Assembly (NCBI GenBank): GCA_036170655.1
Contig: JAVHPP010000040.1
Span: 1 to 51,277 of the forward strand
From: Candidatus Zixiibacteriota bacterium
GTDB lineage: Bacteria > Zixibacteria > MSB-5A5 > WJJR01
Length of the DNA stretch: 51,277 nt
Reading direction: 5' to 3'
Shown: piece by piece, positions 1 through 9,299 of the stretch
Numbering within the stretch: the first letter of the stretch is position 1
Layout: the number at the start of each line of letters is the position of its first letter
Translations under genes and position numbers: made by a program
Notes under the pieces: generated by a model
What the model saw: the letters and a program-made list of their open reading frames with translations, nothing else
Database searches by the model: none
Told to the model about the DNA's origin: nothing

Positions 1-3000
1 GTCGAGAAGGGTCTGTATGTCTTCACCGTGGAATCCGAGGACAAGTGCGGTTACCGCGAAGTGGAGCATGCGACTCCGACCTACTGCTGGTCCGACAAAG
101 CGCCGGCGTATGCCTGTGTGATTCAGCCGGAGCCCGGCAGTTTGTATTGCGACAACACATATCATGGACTGACGATCTACACCTGTGCGAAGGATTCGGC
201 GAGCAACGACATCAAGAGCGTCACCGCTTGGGGCCGTCTGCAGGATATCAGTCCGGCGGCCGGCAATCAGCCCGGTGACTGGTTCGTGCTCGGTAATGCA
301 AGCCAGGTCGAGCCGGGTGTGTGTTTCCACATTGTCCTCAGCTCGTCCCAGTTGAACTACCAGGTGGGGGCCGACACGGTTCAGAGGATCGAGGTCGCCA
401 TCGGAACCACGGATGTCGTCGGCAAGATCGTCCAAGCCGACGAGGCATGGGCGAACTGCCCGGCGCAATACTGGTTCGACTGGTCGACGCGTGTCATCGA
501 TGGCGAACTTCTGACGATCAACGGCCAGCAGCGTGTGCTGCAAGTGGCTTGCGGTGTGCGCGGCTACCAGATCTACGGGCCGACGAACCCAGTGGTGATT
601 TCGGTCACCGGTGGAACGCCGCCGTACGCGTTGCAGGTCTGGGTCGACAGCATGTCGTACTTGTATCAGGAGAGAGTCAATAACTCGATCACATTTAATT
701 TGAATGCGCTCGGATTTGCGAAGGGCGCACACCGGTTGCAGGTGTTCTGGAGCGATTCGTGCGGCTGGACTGGCAGTGCCGTGGACAGCCTGTGCGTTCC
801 CGACTCCGTGCCGCCTTGCGCGCTGGTGACCAATCCGGTCGACGGCAAGTGCATTCGGCTCTCGCGCTCAATGCTCGACCCGATCGGCGCGTACGAGGCG
901 CCCATCACGATCACGATTACTGGGAACGACCTGACTCCCAACGGCAACCACTGCATCGATCAGACGGGTGTCTTGAAGGTTGACTTCCAGTGGGCGAAGT
1001 CGTGCTGCGTCGATGCGGGCATCGAGACGCGCGACACATCGTGGTTCGAGATTCGTCCGTGCGAAGTTGATACCACCACCAATCTGTACGCTGTATGCGA
1101 CACGTTCCCGACCGGCGCAATTGGGTTCGGTATCGATTCGGTCGTCTGTGTGGACACGGCTGCATCGTGCACGAGGCTCGTCCGCATCGATTCGACGATC
1201 GTTGATACTCTCTCATGCAACGATCAGTGGACAACGTTTGCCATTGACTCGGCGAACGGCGGAGGCGTCTACACGGCGAACTGGTACAACCATGACGATC
1301 TGGCGTGGATCACCGAGTCGGGCACCAACATCTGGCTGCGCGGTATCGTCTACGACATCAATGGCAATATCTTCTACACGCCCTGCGTGCAGGTCTGTGT
1401 CGATATCGACACGCCGCCGCTGTGCATACGGACGGAGGATCTGTGCGCTGACGGTAGTTTGGGTGGTTCCACCGCCAAGATCCTCGCGGAGCTCAACTGG
1501 CCGCAGGGGAATATCGACGACATCGAGTATATCTACTTGTACTCCAAGAAGTCGTCCGATCCTGACATCTTCGGTTACTGGACCAACCAGGGTTCGGGCG
1601 GACCGGCGACCAACTCCACGATGTGGACTTGGGACCTCAATCTTGCGAGCTTCCAGGATCAGACCTACTATGACTTCCGGGTGATTGCCAAGACGACTTG
1701 GGGAACATGGTCGTATGATTTGAACGGTGACCAGCAATTTGATGCGCACACGTTCGATACGACCAATTGCGACGCCAAGACCTGGCTGATCGACCGCACC
1801 GGACCGCAGGTCGCGATCGACACCGTGTGGACGATGATCGACGGCAAGCCGATCATTCAGCCGAATGTCTCCTGCCGACTGAGCGACCCGCGCAGTTGGA
1901 TCTGGACTCAGTTCGGTCAGCCGTTCACGGTGCAGCCGTCGATCTATCCGTTCGCGGATGCCTCGACGGTGTCGAAGATCGAGTGGCGCCTGATTAACGG
2001 TGACAGCAGCTGCGCTTCCTGCCAATGCAGTGAGGGGTCCGACCCGCATGGTGAAGTCAGTAATGAGGGCTGCGATTCCAAGGTGCTGGCGGTTCGCGAG
2101 GGCGCCGATGCTCTGAACCCGGTCGAACTCGACCCGTTGCGCGCACCGTTTGTCCAGCAGAGGAACGGCTTCCAGACGCATGTGTTGCAAGTGACTGTCT
2201 GGGATGCGTGCGGCAACTCGACGACCGACTGCATCACGGTCTACATGCTCGATATTGATCCGAGCGAGGCCATTATCGTCGACCCGATGAACGACGCCGT
2301 CTTCTGTCAGGATGAGAGCAACGACGGCGGCGGCATTGAGATCACGGCGGCCGGCCTGCTCGACGAATACATCAAGTCAGTGTCGTTCTACTATCGCGCG
2401 GCCGGAGCCTCAGGCTGGACCCTGATCGGCACGGACGAATCGACTGCAGGCGGGGGCACGACCGCGAACTTCTCGATTCTCTGGTACCCGCATGCGCTGG
2501 GTCTGCCAGAGGGCGGCTATCAACTGAAGGCGGTCGCGACCGATTACGCGTTGAACGTGCAGACGACCGAGTACACGACGACGGTCTTCCTGTCGTGCGC
2601 GGTGCCAACGGTCGCGATGACATCTCCGACAGGCGGTGTCTTTATCGGCTGCCCGCTCGAGCTGACAGCGACGGCGTCCTCGGGCGATCCGAACAATCCG
2701 ATCACCGATGTCTGCTTCTTTGTGCAGTCAATCACGAGTTCGACGTCACAGCCGATCGGCTGCGACAACAACACGGTGGACGGAACATGGAGTTACCACT
2801 GGGATCCGCACGGCAGTGCGCCGAACATCAGCGACGGTCAGTATTACATCTTTGCAGTCGCGACGAACAAGGCGGGTGCGACGACCACCTCGGCGATGGT
2901 CATGGTGAGGAACGACGAGACCAAGCCGTGGTCGAAGGTGATTCAGGTCAATGGCGATGGTTCGGATGGCGGCGCGGGCGATCCCACGACTGTTGAGGCC

Positions 3001-6000
3001 GGCTTGACGGTGCCGCTGTATGTGCTCGCGGCGGACGATCAGTCCCCGAGCGGGTACGGTCTGGTTGACAACTGCGGCTTGGACAGCGTGGTGGTCTATG
3101 TCACGGATAACGCGACCGGCGGCTTGGTGGTGTTTGGGCAGCTGATGACTCCAGTTGACAGTCTCAGCAGTCTGTACATGATCAACTGGAACACGACGGG
3201 TCTGAAGACGGGTGTTTACCGGGTCTCAACCAAAGCGATTGATTGCGCCTGCAATGCAAGCACGTGCGAAAACTGCTGGTGGGTGAAGATCGTCAACCCG
3301 GCGCCGTCGGCAACGATCGCGGTCCTGGAGGCGGTGACGAGTTGCGGGTATGCGACGGTCAAGAGCGGGACGGTCAACTTCACGCTGACGCCGGAGACAA
3401 ACGCCGACATCACGGAAGTGGAGTTCTGGCGCGCCAAGTCAACGTCGTCTGACGTCCACGACCAGTGGACGCTCATCGGCGTTCAGCAGACTGCAGTCGG
3501 CGGTGTCTTCACTGTGGTAGCAAGCGTGGACGCTTGGGACGCTGGTTTGTACCGTCTGCGGGCGTTCTACAAGTCAAGCGATGGCGCCTATGTGGATGAT
3601 GGCCCTGATGTGGGTGACGCATTCGACGACTTTACGTTCGATCCGGCGCACAAGCCGTGGCAGATGATGCTGCAGATTGACCGGTCGGTGACGCCGTTCA
3701 CGGTGGCGCTCGATCCGAACATGACGCTGAAGTCCGGCAAGCAGGTGAAGGTGACGGTTACGCCTGATGCGGCGTGCGACGTCGCGCAAGTCTGCTACGG
3801 TGTGGTGGCCGAGAACGGCAACTACGGTCAGGCGACGAATGGTTGCACCAGCGCCACGACCTTCTCGTTCAACCCGGTCGATTCCGGATTGGTGAGTCTG
3901 GATCATGGCATCTGGCACGGCTCGGTTCGCGCCACGGTCTCTGATGCAATGGGCAACACGGCGTTTGTTGAAGAGCCGCTGTGGATTCTCGATATGGATT
4001 CCACGCAGGTGCGGGTGACTTCACCCGTGCACGGTGAGTATGTGACCGGTGTTGGCGATACGCTGGCATCTGTGACGGCCCGCCGTCTGACTTCGGCAAC
4101 CGGCGGCGCTTCGATCGACTCGGTCCGCTTCTGGTGGGGACCGGCGAGTGGCGCTGGCACCTACATCGGCAAGGGCCTGCCGTCTGGCGAGACATACACG
4201 TCCAACTGGAACATCAAAAACGTTCCCGAAGGCGAACATTACATCTGGGGCGAAGCGTATCACGGCAGCACGAAGCTGGATAGCAATCCGTATCGTGTCT
4301 GGGTGATCGTTGTCAAGTCGCCCACGAACATCGTGCTGCTGGCTCCGAATCCGAGCGCGCAGCGTACGGTCGGTCCGGACGTGCTGACCTTTGTCGGCGG
4401 CCGTGTCGATCTCTGTCTCAATCGTGATTCGATCAGTTCGATCGTCTCGGGTGTGGGTATCGATTCGGTGGTCTTTGGCTATCGCTTCGGCGATGCGCCG
4501 GGCGGCCCTGTCCCGAACAGCCCGGATCCGGCGCAAGGCTGGGTGCGGATTGACGCGGATCGTTACGGATCACTCTGTGTGGATTGGTTTGCCTGTGACA
4601 CGCTTGCCGAGACCTGCCAGGATGGACGTCATGCGCTGGTCGCTTGGGTCTATGACAAGGCGGGCCATGTCAATCATTCGAACATTGTCCACGTGATGGT
4701 CGACTGCACCGATCCGTACTCGGAGATCGTCGATATCGACGGCGACGAGACGTTCGGCGACTGTCACGACATCACGCTCACCGGCGGCGTTACGCAGGTG
4801 AAGTTCAAGGCGAATGCGGTCGACGATAAGTCCTGCGCCGGCACAACTCCGTCTTACAACTCCGGGGCCAAGTACCTGCAGTTCTTCGTCGGGCAGTGTG
4901 GCGCGGGTGGCGCGGGTGGCGGCGGCGCGGCGGATGTCGTCTTCGTGGTCGATGGCTCGGGTTCGATGAGCGGCGATCAGGCGGCAATCGCCAACAACGT
5001 GGCTTCCTTCTTCACGGGTCTGTCGGGTGTGGACGCGCGGTACGGTGTGTTGGCTTACACCGACATCGCTAATCCGGTTGGCACCAACGGTATCTTTAAG
5101 ACCGGCGGTGCGGGCACGGGTGAGTTCACGACAGACGCGGCGACTCTCGCGACGATGGTGACCGCGGTGGGCGACACCGGTTCCGGTACGGAGAACGGGC
5201 TGACGGCGCTGAACAATGCGCTGGCCTGGTATCCGTGGCGGGCTGGCGCCACCAAGGTGCTGATCCTGGTGACTGACGAGAACGCGGACGACCTGAGTGA
5301 CTTTGCGACTCTGCAACCGCCGCTGTTGGCGTCCGGGGCAATGATCAACACGGTCGTCGACTTCGGCGACAGCACGGGGTATTCAGCGCTCGCTCCTGCG
5401 ACGAATGGCCTGGCGCTTGACATCACTACCAACTGGGGATCCAGCCTCACGGCTCTGGCTTCGCAGATTGCGGCGGTGGTTGGCGGGTCCGGGAACGACG
5501 ACGGAATCATCTGGGGCAAACAGGTTGTCCTGACCGATGGTCAGGCCGACGCCTTTGCGCTCTGGAATCCGACCGGACTGCCGACGGGTACCTACTGTGT
5601 TTGGACGACAGTCGTCGATGCGGTTGGCAACTCGTACACGTCCGCGCCTGTCCACATGTGCATCTATGACAAGACACCGCCGGTCGGCTACATCGCCGGG
5701 TTCGGGGTCTCAACGGATGAGCACATGAATCACCGGTACACGATCTATGGCCGGTCATGGGATACCGACATCGAGCGGGTGCAGTTCCAGTATCGCAAGA
5801 CGTCGTCCACGTCGGAAACCGACTGGGCTGGCATCGGTGTCACGACCATGGTCAACGGCGACTCGACGTGCTGGATGACCGCGTGGAACCCGTGTATCGC
5901 CAGTCTGGCCGGCGAGTATGAGATGCGCATGGTTCCGACCGACAAGTCGGGCAATGAGAACTTCGAGATCCAGCCGAAGCTGGTTGTGACGCTTGACGGC

Positions 6001-7902
6001 GCCTGCAACGTGACGCCGAAAGATGCGTCCGTGGCTTCGGTTGCCTTCGAGGATCGCGCCTTTGCGAACCTCGGTCTGGTCAACGTCAACAATGCGCCGA
6101 CTGACAAGCACAGCTCGATGATCGCGGTTTACGCCGATCTGCAGGGTGGCTTGGACGTCGAGAAAATCAACCTCCGTCAGGACATGAGTGACAACAGACA
6201 CTACATGGGCAGCTTCAATGACGGGGCGATTCTCAACGGCGGAAGCGGCTGGTTCTGGGTTGCTTACAGCGACATGTCGCTCAAGAAGACGTACCTGAAG
6301 CTGGCTGATCTGAACGTGTACATGGTTGACGACGTTGGCTTCCCGGGTTGTGTTGCAAATGCGGCAACAGGCGCGAAAGTCTGCCTGCAGCCGGAAGCGC
6401 TGACTTCGACGAACGGCGTTGTGATCTTCCCGGCGCGCATTCCGACGGTCTGGCTGGATCAGCAACACTTGGTGGCCTGGCCGACAAGCGCTGGCGGGAA
6501 CATGCTCACGGCGATTCGCTTGACCTCGCCACTGGAGTACAGCTTCAACACGGGCCGTTATGCCGAAGTCGAAATCTCCTACTCGGCTGGTGTCCCTGAT
6601 GGTGACCTGTCTATTGGTTGGTGGGATGGCGATGGGTGGAACACGAACGACGACATCATATCGGGCGGCGTGATCGCCAATGGGAAGGCGAAGTTCTTCA
6701 CCATGAACCTGCACGGTGTGTATGCGGTGGTCTCGAAGGGCGGCATTGTGAACAAGGGCGCGGTGGAAGTCCAACCGACGACCTTCCTGCCGATGGTCGG
6801 AACCTCAACCAACGCTTGGCCGACGTTCCACACGATTGTCCGGTCGAAGATCAACCTCGAGCACGAAAACTACGATATCGATCGGTACAAGATCATCGTG
6901 GTTCTCGATGGGCGGACCATCTTCACCGACAACGAGTCTGCAAGCGGCTGGTACGGTAGCTGGGACGAGGTATCCGGTCTCCTGGAGATCTCTCCAGATC
7001 CGAAGCCACTCTGCGGCGGTGACAACCTCTACCCGGATGGTGGCTCTTCAAAGCCGGCAGTGCTTCCGGGTCTGTCGACAGGGCCGCACACGATCGTGGT
7101 CCAGGCGTTCAACAAGCAGGGCTTCTACAATGTCGACACGACGGCGTTCACGGTGGATGCCGTGCATCCGAATGTCCAGGTCGCTACCCACTATGTCTGT
7201 CCGAACCCGACGTTCACGCTCGACATTACTGATGCAGGAGTCGGCGTGAACTGGGATTCTGCCTTCGTCGATGTGTTTGACATCGAAGGTTCAGTCTTCA
7301 GCGGTGTTCCGAAGGAGCGTCTGCTGCTCACGGCGTCGCCCGCGATGTACACACGGGAGGGCAACACGATCAGCTTCAAGCTGGACGGCACATGGGCCGA
7401 GGGACGCCGGTTACGGATCGTGATTTACGACGGTGTCCGTGATGTCTGGTTCAACAACACCTGCAGCTGCGAGTACGTGTCGTACGACGAACAGTGTCAC
7501 GGAGTTCCGGACATGGTCGGTAATCACACGCAGATCGTCGAAGAGCTCTACACGGTTTCGGCGACTGGCTGTGTCGACACGACGGGCGGCGGCGACATCA
7601 CTGTGGAACCGTCGGGGAGTTCGCACAACCCGTTCGATCCGTCCGCTGGGGAAGCGATCAGCTTCAACCTGAACGGATTTGCGGCGGGCGGCGGCTCAGT
7701 CACCGCGGCGGTGTATGACCTGACCGGCGAACTGGTGACCACGCTGAAAGCCAATGCGCTGCAAGGTACCGCGTGGGATGGACGGAACGACAAGGGCGAC
7801 ATCGTTGCCCAAGGCGTCTACCTCGTCCACTTCCAGCGCAGTGGCGGACTGGCCAACGGGCTGACATCGCAGACGATCAAGGCGGTGGTGAGGAAGAAGT
7901 AA
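1..7902 (+). CDS. Giant secreted cell-surface protein with its 5' end outside the window. It has tandem Ig-like/Cys-rich beta-sandwich modules, one von Willebrand factor A domain and a C-terminal FlgD-Ig-like/T9SS-type sorting domain.
   Basis: Frame 1 is open from nt 1 (VEKGLYVFT precedes the GTG at 28), so the gene begins upstream. The vWA MIDAS signature DVVFVVDGSGSMSGDQ lies at nt ~4933-4980 and is followed by KVLILVTDENADD. The last ~90 aa (ISFNL..VYDLTGELV..WDGRNDKGDIVAQGVYLVHFQ) match the FlgD-Ig/secretion-tail pattern. There are no TM helices and many paired Cys. Confidence 0.85.
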   Translation, partial: VEKGLYVFTVESEDKCGYREVEHATPTYCWSDKAPAYACVIQPEPGSLYCDNTYHGLTIYTCAKDSASNDIKSVTAWGRLQDISPAAGNQPGDWFVLGNASQVEPGVCFHIVLSSSQLNYQVGADTVQRIEVAIGTTDVVGKIVQADEAWANCPAQYWFDWSTRVIDGELLTINGQQRVLQVACGVRGYQIYGPTNPVVISVTGGTPPYALQVWVDSMSYLYQERVNNSITFNLNALGFAKGAHRLQVFWSDSCGWTGSAVDSLCVPDSVPPCALVTNPVDGKCIRLSRSMLDPIGAYEAPITITITGNDLTPNGNHCIDQTGVLKVDFQWAKSCCVDAGIETRDTSWFEIRPCEVDTTTNLYAVCDTFPTGAIGFGIDSVVCVDTAASCTRLVRIDSTIVDTLSCNDQWTTFAIDSANGGGVYTANWYNHDDLAWITESGTNIWLRGIVYDINGNIFYTPCVQVCVDIDTPPLCIRTEDLCADGSLGGSTAKILAELNWPQGNIDDIEYIYLYSKKSSDPDIFGYWTNQGSGGPATNSTMWTWDLNLASFQDQTYYDFRVIAKTTWGTWSYDLNGDQQFDAHTFDTTNCDAKTWLIDRTGPQVAIDTVWTMIDGKPIIQPNVSCRLSDPRSWIWTQFGQPFTVQPSIYPFADASTVSKIEWRLINGDSSCASCQCSEGSDPHGEVSNEGCDSKVLAVREGADALNPVELDPLRAPFVQQRNGFQTHVLQVTVWDACGNSTTDCITVYMLDIDPSEAIIVDPMNDAVFCQDESNDGGGIEITAAGLLDEYIKSVSFYYRAAGASGWTLIGTDESTAGGGTTANFSILWYPHALGLPEGGYQLKAVATDYALNVQTTEYTTTVFLSCAVPTVAMTSPTGGVFIGCPLELTATASSGDPNNPITDVCFFVQSITSSTSQPIGCDNNTVDGTWSYHWDPHGSAPNISDGQYYIFAVATNKAGATTTSAMVMVRNDETKPWSKVIQVNGDGSDGGAGDPTTVEAGLTVPLYVLAADDQSPSGYGLVDNCGLDSVVVYVTDNATGGLVVFGQLMTPVDSLSSLYMINWNTTGLKTGVYRVSTKAIDCACNASTCENCWWVKIVNPAPSATIAVLEAVTSCGYATVKSGTVNFTLTPETNADITEVEFWRAKSTSSDVHDQWTLIGVQQTAVGGVFTVVASVDAWDAGLYRLRAFYKSSDGAYVDDGPDVGDAFDDFTFDPAHKPWQMMLQIDRSVTPFTVALDPNMTLKSGKQVKVTVTPDAACDVAQVCYGVVAENGNYGQATNGCTSATTFSFNPVDSGLVSLDHGIWHGSVRATVSDAMGNTAFVEEPLWILDMDSTQVRVTSPVHGEYVTGVGDTLASVTARRLTSATGGASIDSVRFWWGPASGAGTYIGKGLPSGETYTSNWNIKNVPEGEHYIWGEAYHGSTKLDSNPYRVWVIVVKSPTNIVLLAPNPSAQRTVGPDVLTFVGGRVDLCLNRDSISSIVSGVGIDSVVFGYRFGDAPGGPVPNSPDPAQGWVRIDADRYGSLCVDWFACDTLAETCQDGRHALVAWVYDKAGHVNHSNIVHVMVDCTDPYSEIVDIDGDETFGDCHDITLTGGVTQVKFKANAVDDKSCAGTTPSYNSGAKYLQFFVGQCGAGGAGGGGAADVVFVVDGSGSMSGDQAAIANNVASFFTGLSGVDARYGVLAYTDIANPVGTNGIFKTGGAGTGEFTTDAATLATMVTAVGDTGSGTENGLTALNNALAWYPWRAGATKVLILVTDENADDLSDFATLQPPLLASGAMINTVVDFGDSTGYSALAPATNGLALDITTNWGSSLTALASQIAAVVGGSGNDDGIIWGKQVVLTDGQADAFALWNPTGLPTGTYCVWTTVVDAVGNSYTSAPVHMCIYDKTPPVGYIAGFGVSTDEHMNHRYTIYGRSWDTDIERVQFQYRKTSSTSETDWAGIGVTTMVNGDSTCWMTAWNPCIASLAGEYEMRMVPTDKSGNENFEIQPKLVVTLDGACNVTPKDASVASVAFEDRAFANLGLVNVNNAPTDKHSSMIAVYADLQGGLDVEKINLRQDMSDNRHYMGSFNDGAILNGGSGWFWVAYSDMSLKKTYLKLADLNVYMVDDVGFPGCVANAATGAKVCLQPEALTSTNGVVIFPARIPTVWLDQQHLVAWPTSAGGNMLTAIRLTSPLEYSFNTGRYAEVEISYSAGVPDGDLSIGWWDGDGWNTNDDIISGGVIANGKAKFFTMNLHGVYAVVSKGGIVNKGAVEVQPTTFLPMVGTSTNAWPTFHTIVRSKINLEHENYDIDRYKIIVVLDGRTIFTDNESASGWYGSWDEVSGLLEISPDPKPLCGGDNLYPDGGSSKPAVLPGLSTGPHTIVVQAFNKQGFYNVDTTAFTVDAVHPNVQVATHYVCPNPTFTLDITDAGVGVNWDSAFVDVFDIEGSVFSGVPKERLLLTASPAMYTREGNTISFKLDGTWAEGRRLRIVIYDGVRDVWFNNTCSCEYVSYDEQCHGVPDMVGNHTQIVEELYTVSATGCVDTTGGGDITVEPSGSSHNPFDPSAGEAISFNLNGFAAGGGSVTAAVYDLTGELVTTLKANALQGTAWDGRNDKGDIVAQGVYLVHFQRSGGLANGLTSQTIKAVVRKK

Positions 7903-8001
7903 CCACGAAACGACGGGCCGTCCCGCCCGATGAAGGCGGGACGGTCCACAACCGATAACGAGGACATGAGTAGTTCAATGCTAAGAAGGGGAGAGAGACC
8001 A

Positions 8002-8901
8002 ATGAACCACACACGTGGTACACGGTGGGGGGCGGTCCTCGGCACGGCGCTGGTTTTCGTGGTAGGTCTGACCACCGTCGCGTTGGCGGGGCCAGCTCCC
8101 AATGCCCTTCCGTTTTTACGGATGGGTGTGGGCGCACGTGCCGCCGGCATGGGCAATGCCTATGTGGCGGTCGCCAATGATGCTACAGCCGGATACTTCA
8201 ATCCGGCGGGATTGACGCACATCAAGAAGTGGGGCTTTGCGAGCATGTTGTCGGCGGACATGGCCCTCGACCGGAGCTTCAACTTTCTGGCCGTGGCCGG
8301 GAGCTTCAAGTTCGGTTCCCTCGGACTTTCCTGGGTCAACGCCGGCACTACTGTTGACAAGAAAGACCTGACCGATTCGGGTGCCCAAACCGACTACAAA
8401 GACAACTATTTCCTGTTGTCCTATGCCAACACAGCCAACAAGTTTCGCTGGGGTGCCAACCTCGTTGTTGCCAACAACAAGGCGGCTGACAAGACTGGCC
8501 TCGGTGGTGACTTGGGCTTCCAGTGGTGTTTCGCCGAAGAGGCAACCTTGGGTCTGGCGGCGCAGTCGCTGGGTTTGAAGGTTGGCGATGATGTCACGCC
8601 ATACAACATCCGTCTGGGCCTGGCGGTGATGCCGAATGTGCTTGAAGGCTTCACCTTCCCGGTGGAAATCCAGAAGACGCAGGATGTCAGCGCGATCAAG
8701 TTCCGTCTGGGCGGCGAGTACAAGTTCCACTTCGACAACGCCGACTACGGTACCGCGATCCGCGCGGGCGTCGATGACGGCGCGCTGGCGCTGGGAGCGG
8801 GCATTTCGTTCAAGCAGTTCTCGCTGGACTACGCGTACGTGAGCGAGCAGCAAAGATTCCTGAACGAAAACCATCGCTTCAGTCTGACGGGCAACTTCTA
8901 A
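8002..8901 (+). CDS. PorV/PorQ-family outer-membrane beta-barrel (T9SS cargo-shuttle-like)
   Basis: ATG 8002 is preceded by GGGGAGAG; the longest ORF starts at 7930. The signal peptide is MNHTRGTRWGAVLGTALVFVVGLTTVALA. The N-terminal motif LRMGVGARAAGMGNAYVAVANDATAGYFNPAGL and the aromatic C-terminus SLTGNF are typical of PorV/PorQ/UPF0164 barrels. Confidence 0.7.
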   Translation: MNHTRGTRWGAVLGTALVFVVGLTTVALAGPAPNALPFLRMGVGARAAGMGNAYVAVANDATAGYFNPAGLTHIKKWGFASMLSADMALDRSFNFLAVAGSFKFGSLGLSWVNAGTTVDKKDLTDSGAQTDYKDNYFLLSYANTANKFRWGANLVVANNKAADKTGLGGDLGFQWCFAEEATLGLAAQSLGLKVGDDVTPYNIRLGLAVMPNVLEGFTFPVEIQKTQDVSAIKFRLGGEYKFHFDNADYGTAIRAGVDDGALALGAGISFKQFSLDYAYVSEQQRFLNENHRFSLTGNF

Positions 8902-8929
8902 GAGAGCATTTTCAGCAAGGCAAGTTCAG

Positions 8930-8961
8930 CCGCCCCGCTCGTGTCGAGCGGGGCGGTTTTT
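8930..8961 (+). terminator. Rho-independent terminator after the PorV-like gene
   Basis: CCGCCCCGCTC-GTGTC-GAGCGGGGCGG gives an 11-bp GC stem followed by TTTTT, 29 nt after the stop codon. Confidence 0.85.
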
Positions 8962-9008
8962 GTTGTGGCGATCTTGCGAGACTCCGGATTGGCCGACGTA
9001 TCGAGCCG

Positions 9009-9225
9009 TGTGCCACTGACTGAAGGGTGTGTTGAAAAACCACTGCTCAAGTTATGCAACTGAAGAAACGTGGTTGCTCCTGCCGGGAGGGCGAGGCTCC
9101 TGCCGAGCCTCTTCTGGGTGAAAGGCGGAAAAGAGGCTCGGCAGGAGCCTCGCCCTCCCGCTGGGGAATCCTGCCGGCATTTGGGGAATCAAGGATTTTT
9201 CGACACGCCTGAAGTCAGTGGCACA
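9009..9225. repeat. Composite REP/MITE-like element: an outer imperfect inverted pair carrying the GTGTTGAAAAACC core, enclosing a 30-bp perfect palindrome
   Basis: The outer arms are TGTGCCACTGAC (9009-9020) and GTCAGTGGCACA (9214-9225). The core GTGTTGAAAAACC is at 9029-9041, with its imperfect inverse GGATTTTTCGACAC at 9193-9206. The inner arms are 9084-9113 and 9131-9160. Confidence 0.8.
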
Positions 9226-9299
9226 TGCCCAGGCGCCAATTCCTGAGGATGAGACCCCCCGGACCATGTTATATTGCTGGCAGGATGGAGGAATCTGCG

